Below, in pieces: positions 1-9,692 of a stretch of DNA of 58,029 nucleotides; within the stretch, counting starts at the first letter, position 1; each line of letters starts with the position of its first letter. Source of the stretch: a bacterium (GTDB lineage: Bacteria > Zhuqueibacterota > QNDG01 > DTFT01); the NCBI GenBank assembly GCA_030372965.1, contig JAUCQC010000170.1:1-58029 (forward strand). The letters are read 5' to 3'. A program made the position numbers and the translations under genes. Under the pieces are notes generated by a model. The model made no database searches, was not told where the DNA came from, and saw only the letters and a program-made list of their open reading frames with translations.

Positions 1-2
1 GC

Positions 3-947
3 AAGCCACGCAGCACAAAAGCGACGGTTCTCGCGATCAAAACCATCCCTCCGGCGGCGGGCCGGCGGGCCGCGGTCCTTCTTCTCTGCGCCGCGGTCCT
101 TCTGTCTGGCGGCGGGCTGATGCGCAAAGGCATGGACGCCGCGGGGCTGGGCCGGCTGAAGGCGTCGAACGACGCCTACCTGTCGGCTTCGTTCCAGAAG
201 GCGCTGAAGACTTTCGCCGTGCTCTCGGCCGTGAAGGTCGGCCTGGCCGTGGTGCAGGGGTCGGACGTGGGAATCGGCTTCAACCTGGAGGTCGGGGACG
301 TGGTCCAGTCGGCCTACGACTATGTGGACATCGCCTGGCGCGTGGTGCTCGCCTGCTCCGCGGTGCTCCTCGGCACCCGTTACCTGCTCCAGGCGGCCGA
401 CCTGCTGTCGTCCTGGTTTCTGGCCGCGACATTCGCCGCGGTGCTGCTCGGCCTCGTCGTCGCGTGGACGCTGCCCCGGCTCCGTTTCCTCCGGACCGTT
501 CTCCGCGATGCCGCGTGGATGGCCGGACTCGTGACCGTCGCGCTGACGCTCGTGGTCCCCTTTTCGATCGCGGGCGGCCACTGGCTCTCGAGCCGCATCA
601 CCCGGCCGTCGGTTGAACAGGCCCATGACGGATTTCAGGGCATCCGCGCGGAGCTGGAGGGGCCGAGGGACGGAAAGCCGGGCCTGTGGGGGAAGATCAC
701 CGAGGGCAGGGAAAAGATCGAGCGCGTCGCGGCCGTGGTGGCCCGCCGGACCGGCGAGCTGACCGAATGGGTGCTCAAGCTCATTGCGGGGTTTGTGTTC
801 GACTGCATCGTGTTTCCGGCCGCGGTTTTTCTCGCCCTGTACGCGGCGGTTCGCAGGGGGGGCGGCGTCATCCGGGACCACCGAAAGCGCCGCGAGTTCC
901 GCTCGGATCTCGAGGAGGCCCTGCGGCCCGTCCGGCCGGGGAAATGA
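3..947 (+). CDS. Hypothetical multi-pass membrane protein, 5'-partial or start uncertain
   Basis: The frame of ORF 120..947 stays open to the window edge and adds a hydrophobic AAVLLLCAAVLLSGGG stretch; about 4-5 hydrophobic segments; no recognisable family motif. Confidence 0.6.
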   Translation, partial: KPRSTKATVLAIKTIPPAAGRRAAVLLLCAAVLLSGGGLMRKGMDAAGLGRLKASNDAYLSASFQKALKTFAVLSAVKVGLAVVQGSDVGIGFNLEVGDVVQSAYDYVDIAWRVVLACSAVLLGTRYLLQAADLLSSWFLAATFAAVLLGLVVAWTLPRLRFLRTVLRDAAWMAGLVTVALTLVVPFSIAGGHWLSSRITRPSVEQAHDGFQGIRAELEGPRDGKPGLWGKITEGREKIERVAAVVARRTGELTEWVLKLIAGFVFDCIVFPAAVFLALYAAVRRGGGVIRDHRKRREFRSDLEEALRPVRPGK

Positions 948-999
948 GCCCGGTCCGCTTGACGGCCGGTCCAACAGCGCAACCAGACAGGAGATGAAC

Positions 1000-2583
1000 A
1001 TGCGACGATTCACGACAGGTTCCGTTTTTGCCGTCCTGGTCATTCTGGCCGCGGCGGCTTTCGGCCAGGCGACGTCGATCCGGACCGAATCCGATTACAA
1101 CGGTTGGGGCTGGAACGCGGTGGTCCTGTCCAACAGCCTGGTGACGGCGGCTGTCGTCCCGGACATCGGCGCCCGGGTGATGCAGTACGACCTGGGCGGT
1201 TACGCGACTTTCTACGTCGCGTCCGACCTCCTCGGCCAGACGCATGTGCCCGCGAGGGGCGGCCTGTACCAGTACGGCGGATTCAAGAACTGGCCCTCGC
1301 CCCAGTCGAAATGGAACTGGCCGCCGCCGCCCACCCTGGACTACGGCAAGTACACCGCCGCGGTCGTCTCGGACACGCCGGATTCGGTCGCGGTGTTCGT
1401 GTCCAGCCCGGTTGAGCAGTGGCTGGCCCCGAACATCCGGTTCGAGCGGCGGACCACGGTATACCGGGGCACGAGCCGGGTGCGCATGGAACAGACCATG
1501 ATCAACGAGGGAACCGCTTCCGCGGAATGGGGCGTGTGGGACATCACCCAGATGATCGTCCACCACCCGGGCGAGCGGGATTATGAAAATTTCTGGGTTT
1601 ACTTTCCGATCAACCCCGCCAGCGTGTTCGGGCCGGACGGCGTCCGGTGGGACAAGTCCTCGGCCGCCTGGAAGGGCGAGGTGGCGGACGGCGTGTACGG
1701 CGTGCAGTTCATGCCCGAGGGGAAAAAGATTTTCGCGGATTCGCACAAGGGGTGGATCGCCTACGCGAACCGCAGGGATTCGGTCGTGTCCGTCAAGACA
1801 TTCGACCTGTACGAGGGCAATTACCCGGACGAGGGCGCGCATGTCGAGGCGTGGATCAATTCCAACCCCGCGTACGTGGAGGTCGAGGTCGTGAGCCCGG
1901 TGGTCCGGCTGTCGAATGCCGCGTCGGGCGCAAACCGGTACACGTTCACCGAGAACTGGTGGCTGACCCGCATGGCGTCGCCGGTGCTGGACGTCGCGCC
2001 CGTGGGCGCGGTGGCCGAGCACATGGTCTACGATCCGGTCGGGCAGAGGCTGATGGGCCGGTACGGTGTTTTTTACGAGGGCACCGCGAAGGCCGCTTTT
2101 TACGACGAGGGAGCGCTGATCGCGGAAGGCGCTGCGCATCCGGTCACCCCGCTCCAGCCTTTCACGCTCGAGGAGACCGTGGCCCTTCCGGCCGGGGCGG
2201 ACAGCGTGGCGCTCCGGATCTTCGACGGAAACGGCGACCTTCTCGGCGTGCTCGACGACCGGACCCGATTCGAGCTGACGCGCGTCGGGGACCGCGGCCG
2301 TCCGGACGGGGCCGGCGCCGCCGGGTTCGGGATCGGGCCCAATTATCCCAATCCCTTCAACGGCGAAACCGTCATCCCCTTCGACATCCCGGCCCCCGCG
2401 GAGGCGTCGCTCCGCATTCTCACGACCGGGGGCCGCGAGGTCGCGCGGCTCGTCGACGGCCGGCTCGAGGCCGGGACGCACCGCTGTGTCTGGCGGCCGG
2501 CGGACTCGGCCAGCGGATTGTTCGTGGCGGTGCTGGACGCGGGCGGGGCCCGACGGACCCGGAAACTGCTTCTCGTCAACTGA
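1000..2583 (+). CDS. Secreted DUF4380-like (galactose-mutarotase-like fold) protein with C-terminal T9SS/FlgD-type sorting domain
   Basis: AGGAG RBS at 989-993, ATG at 1000; signal peptide MRRFTTGSVFAVLVILAAAAFG|Q; motifs PDIGARVMQY, GGFKNWPSPQ, YVEVEVVSP; tail NYPNPFN...GREVARLVDG...TRKLLLVN. Confidence 0.75.
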   Translation: MRRFTTGSVFAVLVILAAAAFGQATSIRTESDYNGWGWNAVVLSNSLVTAAVVPDIGARVMQYDLGGYATFYVASDLLGQTHVPARGGLYQYGGFKNWPSPQSKWNWPPPPTLDYGKYTAAVVSDTPDSVAVFVSSPVEQWLAPNIRFERRTTVYRGTSRVRMEQTMINEGTASAEWGVWDITQMIVHHPGERDYENFWVYFPINPASVFGPDGVRWDKSSAAWKGEVADGVYGVQFMPEGKKIFADSHKGWIAYANRRDSVVSVKTFDLYEGNYPDEGAHVEAWINSNPAYVEVEVVSPVVRLSNAASGANRYTFTENWWLTRMASPVLDVAPVGAVAEHMVYDPVGQRLMGRYGVFYEGTAKAAFYDEGALIAEGAAHPVTPLQPFTLEETVALPAGADSVALRIFDGNGDLLGVLDDRTRFELTRVGDRGRPDGAGAAGFGIGPNYPNPFNGETVIPFDIPAPAEASLRILTTGGREVARLVDGRLEAGTHRCVWRPADSASGLFVAVLDAGGARRTRKLLLVN

Positions 2584-2670
2584 CAACCGGCGCCGCGCGG
2601 AACCGGGACGGATTCCGGTCCGGCCGCGGCGGAAGGCGATTCCCCGCCGGGGGAGGAAGGAGAAGGTGGG

Positions 2671-2973
2671 ATGAAAAAGCAATACCTCAAGACCAAAAAC
2701 GCCTGCAAGGTCACCTTCACCCTGCCGAAGGAGGCGGTGAAGGGCGCGGAGACCGTGCACCTGGCGGGCGAGTTCAACGGCTGGGATCCGCAGGCCACGC
2801 CCATGAAGCGAATGGCCAACGGGTCCTTTCAGGTCGCGCTCACGCTCGAGTCCGGCCGGTCCTATCAGTTCAGGTACCTGATCGACGGACGCACCTGGGA
2901 GAACGACTGGTCGGCCGACCGGTACGTGCCGTCCTCGTTCGGGGCGGACGAAAATTCCGTGGTGGACGTGTAA
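2671..2973 (+). CDS. Isoamylase early-set / CBM48 glycogen-binding domain protein
   Basis: VTFTLP, VHLAGEFNGW, YQFRYLIDG..WEND motifs; 100 aa. Confidence 0.9.
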   Translation: MKKQYLKTKNACKVTFTLPKEAVKGAETVHLAGEFNGWDPQATPMKRMANGSFQVALTLESGRSYQFRYLIDGRTWENDWSADRYVPSSFGADENSVVDV

Positions 2974-2998
2974 GCCGGCATCGGCCGGACGGGGCGAT

Positions 2999-3913
2999 AT
3001 GCTGAAGCACTATCGGATCGAGGGCGGCCGGGTCGTCGCGGGCGGGAACGGCAGGGGCGGCATTCTGGTGTTCGTGAATCCCGACGAAGCCGAGCGGGTC
3101 ATGCTCACGCAGAAGCTGCGCATCGACGAGCACACGCTGAACTCCGCGCTGGACCCGAACGAGCTGAGCCGCATCGAGTTCGAGCCCAGGCACGCGGCCA
3201 TCATCACCAAACGGCCCAAACGGTACAGCGCGGAGGACAATTTTCTGTTCAATGTGTCCTCCGTGGGCATGTTCCTGTTCAGCGGCCGGCTCGTCATCGT
3301 CCTGAACGAGGACATTCCCCTGTTCGAAGGGAAGATGTTCGGCCGCGTGAAATCCCTCCAGGAGCTGGCCCTCAAGATCATTTACCGGTCCATCTTTCAT
3401 TTCGAGGAGCACCTTCGCGTCATCAACATGTGCAGCGAGGACCTCGAGCACGAAATCAACAGGGCCATGGAAAACCGGACCCTGCTCAATCTTTTCACCC
3501 TGGAGAAGAGCCTGGTGTACTACCTGAACGCCATCGGATCGAACGGCCGCGTCATCGACCGGCTCAAGTCGTGCGCCGGCAAGCTACGCCTGACCCCCGA
3601 AAGCGTCGATCTGCTCGAGGATCTTTCAATCGAAAACACCCAGTGCCTGGAGCAGGCCCGCATCTACTCGGAGGTGCTGGCAGGCCTCATGGACGCCCGG
3701 GTCTCCGTCGTTTCGAACAACCTGAACGTGCTGATGAAGACGCTCAATATCGTGATGATCGGCCTGATGGTGCCGACCTTTCTTGTCAGCCTGTTCTCCA
3801 TGAACGTCCCGATTCCCCTCTCGGAGAGGCCGGTGACCTTCTGGATCGTTCTGGCCGCCTCAGGGCTCCTGAGCCTCGGGGTGATTCTGCTCAGCAAGCT
3901 CAAACGCTGGTGA
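2999..3913 (+). CDS. corA: CorA family divalent cation transporter
   Basis: ALDPNELSRIE, SNNLNVLMKTL, two C-terminal TM helices flanking FSMNV (variant of the GMN motif). Confidence 0.88.
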   Translation: MLKHYRIEGGRVVAGGNGRGGILVFVNPDEAERVMLTQKLRIDEHTLNSALDPNELSRIEFEPRHAAIITKRPKRYSAEDNFLFNVSSVGMFLFSGRLVIVLNEDIPLFEGKMFGRVKSLQELALKIIYRSIFHFEEHLRVINMCSEDLEHEINRAMENRTLLNLFTLEKSLVYYLNAIGSNGRVIDRLKSCAGKLRLTPESVDLLEDLSIENTQCLEQARIYSEVLAGLMDARVSVVSNNLNVLMKTLNIVMIGLMVPTFLVSLFSMNVPIPLSERPVTFWIVLAASGLLSLGVILLSKLKRW

Positions 3914-3968
3914 CCCGCCCGAAGCCGGCCGCCGGCGAGGCCGGCGCGCGTCCGCGGACCCCCCTCTC

Positions 3969-5264
3969 ATGACCGAATCCCACAATCGCATCGTCGTCGC
4001 AGGCGGCGGCCCCGCGGGCCTGCTCGCGGCGGGCACGGCCGCGGAACACGGCGCCTCCGTCCTTCTGCTCGAGAAGATGCCCCGGCCCGGCATGAAGCTC
4101 GGCCTGACGGGCAAGGGCCGTTGCAATCTCACCAACATCGCCCCGCTCGAGGAATTCATCGGGCATTTTCAGCCGGACGGCCGTTTCCTCCGCCAGGCCT
4201 TCCACCGGTTTTTCTCGGACGACCTGCTCCGCTTTCTCGAAACCCGCGGCGTCGCCACGGTCACGGAGCGGGGCGGCCGCGTTTTTCCGGAATCCCAAGA
4301 CGCCGGCACAATCGTGTCCGCCTTGGTCCGGTGGGCCGAAGGCGCGGGCGTCCGCATCCGGACCGGTTCCCGAGCGCAGGACCCCGTGTGTGAGGGCGGG
4401 CGCGTCACGGGAGTGCGGTGGACGGCCGCGGACGGCGTCCAGAGGACGGAAACGGCGCGGGCGCTGATCGTGGCCACGGGCGGGCTGTCCTACCCGGGCA
4501 CCGGATCGACCGGGGACGGGTATGGATTCGCGAAAACGGCCGGGCACACGGTCGAGGACACCCGTCCCGCGCTGGTGCCGCTGGTCACGGCCGGCGGCAT
4601 CGCGGCCCGCATGCAGGGGCTCCCGCTGAAGAACGTGAGGCTCACGGTGATCGTGGACGGCAGGCCCGCGGTTTCCGGTTTCGGCGAAATGCTGTTCACG
4701 CATTTCGGGCTGTCCGGACCCATCGTGCTCACGGCGAGCCTTGCGGCCGTGGACGCGCTCCGGCGGAAGAAGTCCGTGGAGGCGAGCATCGACCTGAAGC
4801 CCGCACTCGACGCGGACAGGCTCGACCAGAGGCTTCAGCGGGATCTTCGGGAGCACGGGCGCATGGAAGCCGCCAATGTGCTGAAACTGCTTCTGCCGCG
4901 GACAATGATCCCGGTCTGCCTCGAACAGTGCCGGATCGATCCGGCCAGGCCCGGACATCAGGTCACGGCGGAGGAGCGGAAGCGTCTGCGGACGTGGCTC
5001 AAGGATTTCCGCCTGACCGTGACCGGACACAGGCCCGTCTCGGAGGCCATCGTCACGGCCGGCGGCGTCCGGCTCTCCGAAGTCGATCCGCGGACCATGG
5101 AATCGCGCCTCGTCCGGGGGCTGTATTTCTGCGGCGAGGTGCTCGATCTGCAGGCGGACACCGGCGGTTACAACCTGCAGGCCGCGTTTTCCACCGGCCG
5201 GCTGGCGGGGGAGGCGGCGGCGCGCTCTGTTCTTGAATCAATGGGACACGGATTGAGCGGATGA
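3969..5264 (+). CDS. HI0933/BaiN family FAD-dependent oxidoreductase
   Basis: GGGPAGL, TGKGRCNLTN, ATGGLSYPGTGSTGDGY, LFTHFGLSGP, GEVLD...TGGYNLQAAFSTG. Confidence 0.93.
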   Translation: MTESHNRIVVAGGGPAGLLAAGTAAEHGASVLLLEKMPRPGMKLGLTGKGRCNLTNIAPLEEFIGHFQPDGRFLRQAFHRFFSDDLLRFLETRGVATVTERGGRVFPESQDAGTIVSALVRWAEGAGVRIRTGSRAQDPVCEGGRVTGVRWTAADGVQRTETARALIVATGGLSYPGTGSTGDGYGFAKTAGHTVEDTRPALVPLVTAGGIAARMQGLPLKNVRLTVIVDGRPAVSGFGEMLFTHFGLSGPIVLTASLAAVDALRRKKSVEASIDLKPALDADRLDQRLQRDLREHGRMEAANVLKLLLPRTMIPVCLEQCRIDPARPGHQVTAEERKRLRTWLKDFRLTVTGHRPVSEAIVTAGGVRLSEVDPRTMESRLVRGLYFCGEVLDLQADTGGYNLQAAFSTGRLAGEAAARSVLESMGHGLSG

Positions 5265-5282
5265 AAAGGATTTACACGGATC
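5246..5282. repeat. Approx. 9-bp-period (A)CGGAT micro-array, copy 1
   Basis: ACACGGATTGAGCGGATGAAAAGGATTTACACGGAT; near-identical to 9693-9729. Confidence 0.7.
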
Positions 5283-5373
5283 GGGTTTGATGGGGTAATT
5301 CTTTGAGCCGGATCGCATGTAGTCCCCGGTGGAATGGAAGGTAGCGCCGGGATTTTTTAAACGTTGAAAATAT

Positions 5374-5402
5374 TTGACTTTTTTCCTTCCTTTTGATAAG
5401 TT
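5374..5402 (+). promoter_or_regulatory. Putative sigma70-type promoter of gcvPA
   Basis: TTGACT-N17-TAAGTT in an AT-rich patch about 50 nt upstream of the start. Confidence 0.5.
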
Positions 5403-5453
5403 TAAGAGAATCCAAAACTTCGGACCGTTTTCCCTCACCTGCCAGGAGCGCAT

Positions 5454-6977
5454 ATGGCCTTCATCCCCACCACGGAAAAGAACCGGCGCGAAATGCTCAA
5501 AGTCATCGGCGTCGCGTCCATCGATGAACTGCTGGCCGCGAATGTGCCGGAAGACCTGATGTTCAAGGGCGAACTGGACATCCCGGCTCCGCTTTCCGAG
5601 ATGGAAGTCGAAAAACTGCTGAGGGAAATCGCGGGTCAGAACGAGCACGCCGGCACCCATGTCTGCTTTCTGGGCGGCGGCGCCTACGACCATTTCATCC
5701 CCTCGGCAGTGAAGCACGTGGTGTCTCGGCCCGAATTCTACACGTCCTACACGCCCTATCAGCCCGAAGTGGCCCAGGGCAACCTGCAGGCCATGTACGA
5801 ATACCAGAGCCTCATCTGCGAACTGACCGGAATGGACGCGGCGAACGCGTCCATGTACGACGGGGCCTCGGCCCTGGCCGAGGCGGCCCTGATGGCCCAG
5901 GCCCACACCGGCCGCACGGAAATACTGGTCCCCCTGTCGGTGCATCCCTGGTACCGCCGGGTGATCCGCACGTACTGCGGCAGAAGCGGAATCAAAGTGA
6001 GGGAAATCCCGGTCCGGGAGGGGACCGTGGATCCGGCCGCCCTGGCCGCGGCCTGCGGCCCGGACACGGCGGCCGTGCTGGTGCAGCACCCCAATTTCTT
6101 CGGCCTGCTGGAACCCGTGACGGATATCGAGCCTGTGGCGCACGGCGCCGGAGCGCTGTTCGTCACTTCGTCCGACCCGATCAGCCTCGGCCTGCTCGAG
6201 CCGCCGGGAGCCTTCGGCGCGGACGTGGCCACCGGAGAGGGCCAGGCTCTTGGGAATCCCCTGAATTTCGGCGGGCCGTACCTCGGTCTCTTCGCGGTCA
6301 AGCAGGACCTGATCCGCCGCATGCCGGGCCGGCTCGTGGGCGCGACACAGGACAAGCACGGAAGGCGCGGTTTCGTGCTCACGCTCCAGACGCGCGAACA
6401 GCACATCCGGCGTGAGAAGGCCGCCTCGTCGATCTGCACCAACCAGCAGCTCTGCGCCCTGGCCGCGACGGTTTACCTCTCCCTCATGGGCAAAGCCGGA
6501 CTTCCCAAAGCGGCGGAACTGTGCCTGCAGAAAGCACACTATCTCGCGGAGCGGCTTTCCGCGATTCCGGGCTTCAGCCTGAAGTATCCGGGCCCGTTCT
6601 TCAAGGAATTCGTGCTCCAGACGCCCGTGCCCCCGGCCCGCATCATCCGCGCGATGCAGGAGGATGGCATATTCGCGGGCGTGGATCTTTCCCGTTTCGA
6701 TTACGGCATATCCAACGGCCTGCTGATCGCGGTGACGGAAAAGCGGACGCGCGAGGAAATGGACCGCTTCAGCCGCCTGATGGCGAAGCATTTCGCGGTG
6801 CGGCGGCCCGCGCCCACGGTCCGGAAGAAGAAAACCGCGGGGAAACCGGCCGTCCGAAGACAGGCGGTCCGAACGTCCACGGTCGCCGGGGCTTCTCTGA
6901 AAGGCCGCCGAGGTCCCGCGGGCAAGGCGAAAACGGGCAGGGCCGTTCAATCAGGGAAAAGCGCGAGGAAGAAATGA
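5454..6977 (+). CDS. gcvPA: Glycine dehydrogenase (decarboxylating) subunit 1, with basic C-terminal extension
   Basis: FLGGGAYDH, EFYTSYTPYQPEVAQG, NASMYDGASA, TREQHIRREKAASSICTNQ; AGGAG RBS. Confidence 0.95.
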   Translation: MAFIPTTEKNRREMLKVIGVASIDELLAANVPEDLMFKGELDIPAPLSEMEVEKLLREIAGQNEHAGTHVCFLGGGAYDHFIPSAVKHVVSRPEFYTSYTPYQPEVAQGNLQAMYEYQSLICELTGMDAANASMYDGASALAEAALMAQAHTGRTEILVPLSVHPWYRRVIRTYCGRSGIKVREIPVREGTVDPAALAAACGPDTAAVLVQHPNFFGLLEPVTDIEPVAHGAGALFVTSSDPISLGLLEPPGAFGADVATGEGQALGNPLNFGGPYLGLFAVKQDLIRRMPGRLVGATQDKHGRRGFVLTLQTREQHIRREKAASSICTNQQLCALAATVYLSLMGKAGLPKAAELCLQKAHYLAERLSAIPGFSLKYPGPFFKEFVLQTPVPPARIIRAMQEDGIFAGVDLSRFDYGISNGLLIAVTEKRTREEMDRFSRLMAKHFAVRRPAPTVRKKKTAGKPAVRRQAVRTSTVAGASLKGRRGPAGKAKTGRAVQSGKSARKK

Positions 6978-8488
6978 AACCGGCGCGTCTTTCGAAAACC
7001 GCGGCCGCTGGATTGATTCTGCTTGCGGCGGCATGCGGTCCAAAGAAGGAACCGGCCGAAGGCTTCAGGACCGCGACCGAGGAGTCGCCGGCCGCCGCGG
7101 TTTCCGTCCCGGCGCCGCGATGGACGAAGACGATCGCTCTGAACCGCCAGGAGACCGGCTCCGATGCGGAACGGGCGCTCTTCGACGAATTCGGGTCATC
7201 GGTCGCGGACCGCCTCAGGGGCTTCCGTGTCCCGCGATGGAGCCGGGGAATGCGTGCCGGGGCCGCGGATGTGAAGGCGGATCTTCTTCTGGACTGCGGC
7301 GTGCGGATATCCGGAGACACGGCCATCTGGAATCTGAATCTTGTGGATCCCGCGTCAAGGCGTTCGGTCTGGAACGAATCCTTGCGGATTCCGGTCGAGG
7401 AATTCGAACGTGCGGCAGGTACAGCAGCGGAACGCGCCGCCGCCCTTGCGGGAGACAGCGGAGACGTTCCGGACAGAGAGGCTGTGTCCGGTTTCACCGA
7501 CAAGTCCCTTTTCCTGGTTTATCTCCGGGCCCGGACGGCCGGGGCATCCGGCACGCGGCAGGGGATCGATTCGGCGGTGCGGGATTATAAAGCCGTGCTC
7601 AGGCAGGATTCGACATTCTCACCGGCCTGGCGCGGGCTTGGCCGGGCTTATCTCGACATCACGCGGTTCGGACTGGACCGGAACCGGGTCTGGCCGGAGC
7701 TCGCGAAGGACGCGGCTTTGCGGGCGCTCCGGATTGATTCGACGGACGGCCGGGCGAGGACTCTGCTCTGCCGCATCGAGGCGGAGAGAGGCGATTTCAG
7801 GGCCGCGGTACGGGAGGCGAAGCGGGCCGTTGCCGACAAGCCGAACGATTCCGAAGCCTGGATCCTTCTCGGCCAGGTCGAAGGACAGGGGCTGGCTGTC
7901 TACTCGCCTGCCATCGACGCGTTCCGCCGCGGCCTTGAACTCGATCCGGGTTCGGTCGAGGCGGCGTCCGGTCTGGCCGTTCTGCTGACCGGCTCAGGCC
8001 GGGCAAAGGAAGCAACCGATGTTCTGAAGCGCGGGCTGGTTCTGGCGCCCGAATCACCGATGCTGCGGACGGTTTTTTCCCTGACCCGGCTGTACGCGGG
8101 TGAACTCGACGAAGCCCGGGCGGAGATCGGAAAGGCGCTGTCTTCCGCCGGGGAGGATCCTTTTGTCCGCGTGATACACGCCATGCTCCTGGCCCGGTCC
8201 GGGGAAAAGGACGCGGCGCTCGGGGAGGTGACGCTCCGGGTCGAGCCGTACGCGGGGAACATGGCCTCCCTGCACGTTTCGATCGCGGCCGTGTACGCGC
8301 TTCTGGGGCGCAACGGAACGGCAGTGGAGTCGCTTGAAAAGGCGCTGAGTTTCGGATATATCGATTATCCGTGGCTGTCCTTCGATCCGCATTTCGACGG
8401 ATTGCGCGGCGACAGCCGCTTCATCGACTGCATGAAGCGGCTGAAGACGGCGTGGGAGGAAGTGTCCCGTCCCGAAAATCAGACCTGA
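6974..8488 (+). CDS. TPR-repeat lipoprotein
   Basis: ATGA overlap with the gcvPA stop; lipobox LLAAA|C; multiple TPR-like helices; C-terminal DPHFDGLRGDSRF motif. Confidence 0.75.
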   Translation: MKPARLSKTAAAGLILLAAACGPKKEPAEGFRTATEESPAAAVSVPAPRWTKTIALNRQETGSDAERALFDEFGSSVADRLRGFRVPRWSRGMRAGAADVKADLLLDCGVRISGDTAIWNLNLVDPASRRSVWNESLRIPVEEFERAAGTAAERAAALAGDSGDVPDREAVSGFTDKSLFLVYLRARTAGASGTRQGIDSAVRDYKAVLRQDSTFSPAWRGLGRAYLDITRFGLDRNRVWPELAKDAALRALRIDSTDGRARTLLCRIEAERGDFRAAVREAKRAVADKPNDSEAWILLGQVEGQGLAVYSPAIDAFRRGLELDPGSVEAASGLAVLLTGSGRAKEATDVLKRGLVLAPESPMLRTVFSLTRLYAGELDEARAEIGKALSSAGEDPFVRVIHAMLLARSGEKDAALGEVTLRVEPYAGNMASLHVSIAAVYALLGRNGTAVESLEKALSFGYIDYPWLSFDPHFDGLRGDSRFIDCMKRLKTAWEEVSRPENQT

Positions 8489-8534
8489 AGGGTCGGTAAG
8501 ACCTTTCAGGTCTTTCTCAAACAGGAGCCTTCGC

Positions 8535-9680
8535 ATGCCCTCATCGGATCCGGATCGTTCCACGGGCAGAAAAATAATGGTCGTGGTCGGTACCCGGCCC
8601 GAAGCCATCAAGCTGGCGCCCGTCATCCTCGAGCTGAAAAAGCGGCCCGCTTTCAAGACTTTTGTCGTGGCCACTGCCCAGCACCGCGAAATGCTCGACC
8701 AGGTCCTGGAGATCTTCCGCATCAAACCGGACGCGGACCTCGATCTGATGACGCCCAACCAGACCCTGTTCGATGTGACCGGACGCGCGGTGAAGGCCTT
8801 CGAGGCGGTGCTGAACGAGGTCCGGCCCGACTGCGTGCTCGTTCAGGGCGACACGACCACGGCCTTTGTCGGCGCGCTTGCCGCGTTCTATCACAAGGCG
8901 GCTGTCGGCCACGTCGAAGCCGGCCTCCGGACCGGGAACAAGTATTTCCCGTTCCCCGAGGAGGTCAACCGCAAAATGGTCACGGCCATCGCGGATTATC
9001 ATTTCGCGCCGACCGAATCGAACCGCCGCAATCTGCTGGCCGAGGGCGTGCCGGACGCCGCGATCACGGTGACCGGGAACACGGTGATCGACGCCCTGCT
9101 CATGACCGTGGAGCCGGATTTCTCGCCCAAGGGATTCACTTTGCCCAGGCACCAGGGTCTGATTCTCGTCACGGCGCACCGCAGGGAGAATTTCGGCGAG
9201 CCGCTGGAAGCCGTCTTGCACGCCGTCCGCGACCTGGCCGGCCTGTATCCGCATCATTTGTTCGTGTATCCTGTGCACATGAACCGGAACGTGCAGAAGC
9301 CCGCGAACGCCATTCTCTCCAAAATCGACAATGTGATGCTCCTGCCGCCCCTCGATTACCGGACCTTCTCCAATCTCATGGCCATGTCCACGATCGTGCT
9401 GACCGATTCCGGCGGCATTCAGGAGGAGGCGCCGTCCCTCGGAAAGCCCGTGCTGGTGCTGAGGAACGAGACGGAGCGGCCCGAGGCCGTGGAAGCCGGA
9501 ACCGTCATGCTGGTCGGGCCGGACCGGGAGCGCATTGTCCGGGAGGTGCGGCGCCTGCTGGACGACCGGGACGCCTACGACCGGATGGCGCGCGCGGTGA
9601 ACCCCTACGGCGACGGCAAGGCGTCCGTGCGCATCGCGGATTTTCTGGAAAAGAGAATGGAACAGGGATTGAACGCATGA
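8535..9680 (+). CDS. wecB: UDP-N-acetylglucosamine 2-epimerase (non-hydrolysing)
   Basis: GTRPEAIK, VQGDTTT, HVEAGLRT, TAHRREN, TDSGGIQEEAPSLGKP, NPYGDG. Confidence 0.97.
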   Translation: MPSSDPDRSTGRKIMVVVGTRPEAIKLAPVILELKKRPAFKTFVVATAQHREMLDQVLEIFRIKPDADLDLMTPNQTLFDVTGRAVKAFEAVLNEVRPDCVLVQGDTTTAFVGALAAFYHKAAVGHVEAGLRTGNKYFPFPEEVNRKMVTAIADYHFAPTESNRRNLLAEGVPDAAITVTGNTVIDALLMTVEPDFSPKGFTLPRHQGLILVTAHRRENFGEPLEAVLHAVRDLAGLYPHHLFVYPVHMNRNVQKPANAILSKIDNVMLLPPLDYRTFSNLMAMSTIVLTDSGGIQEEAPSLGKPVLVLRNETERPEAVEAGTVMLVGPDRERIVREVRRLLDDRDAYDRMARAVNPYGDGKASVRIADFLEKRMEQGLNA

Positions 9681-9692
9681 AGAAAGAGCGGA

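Noticed and set aside
5265-5453. Glycine riboswitch upstream of gcvPA
   Set aside because: No recognisable aptamer motifs, and the putative promoter leaves only about 45 nt of leader
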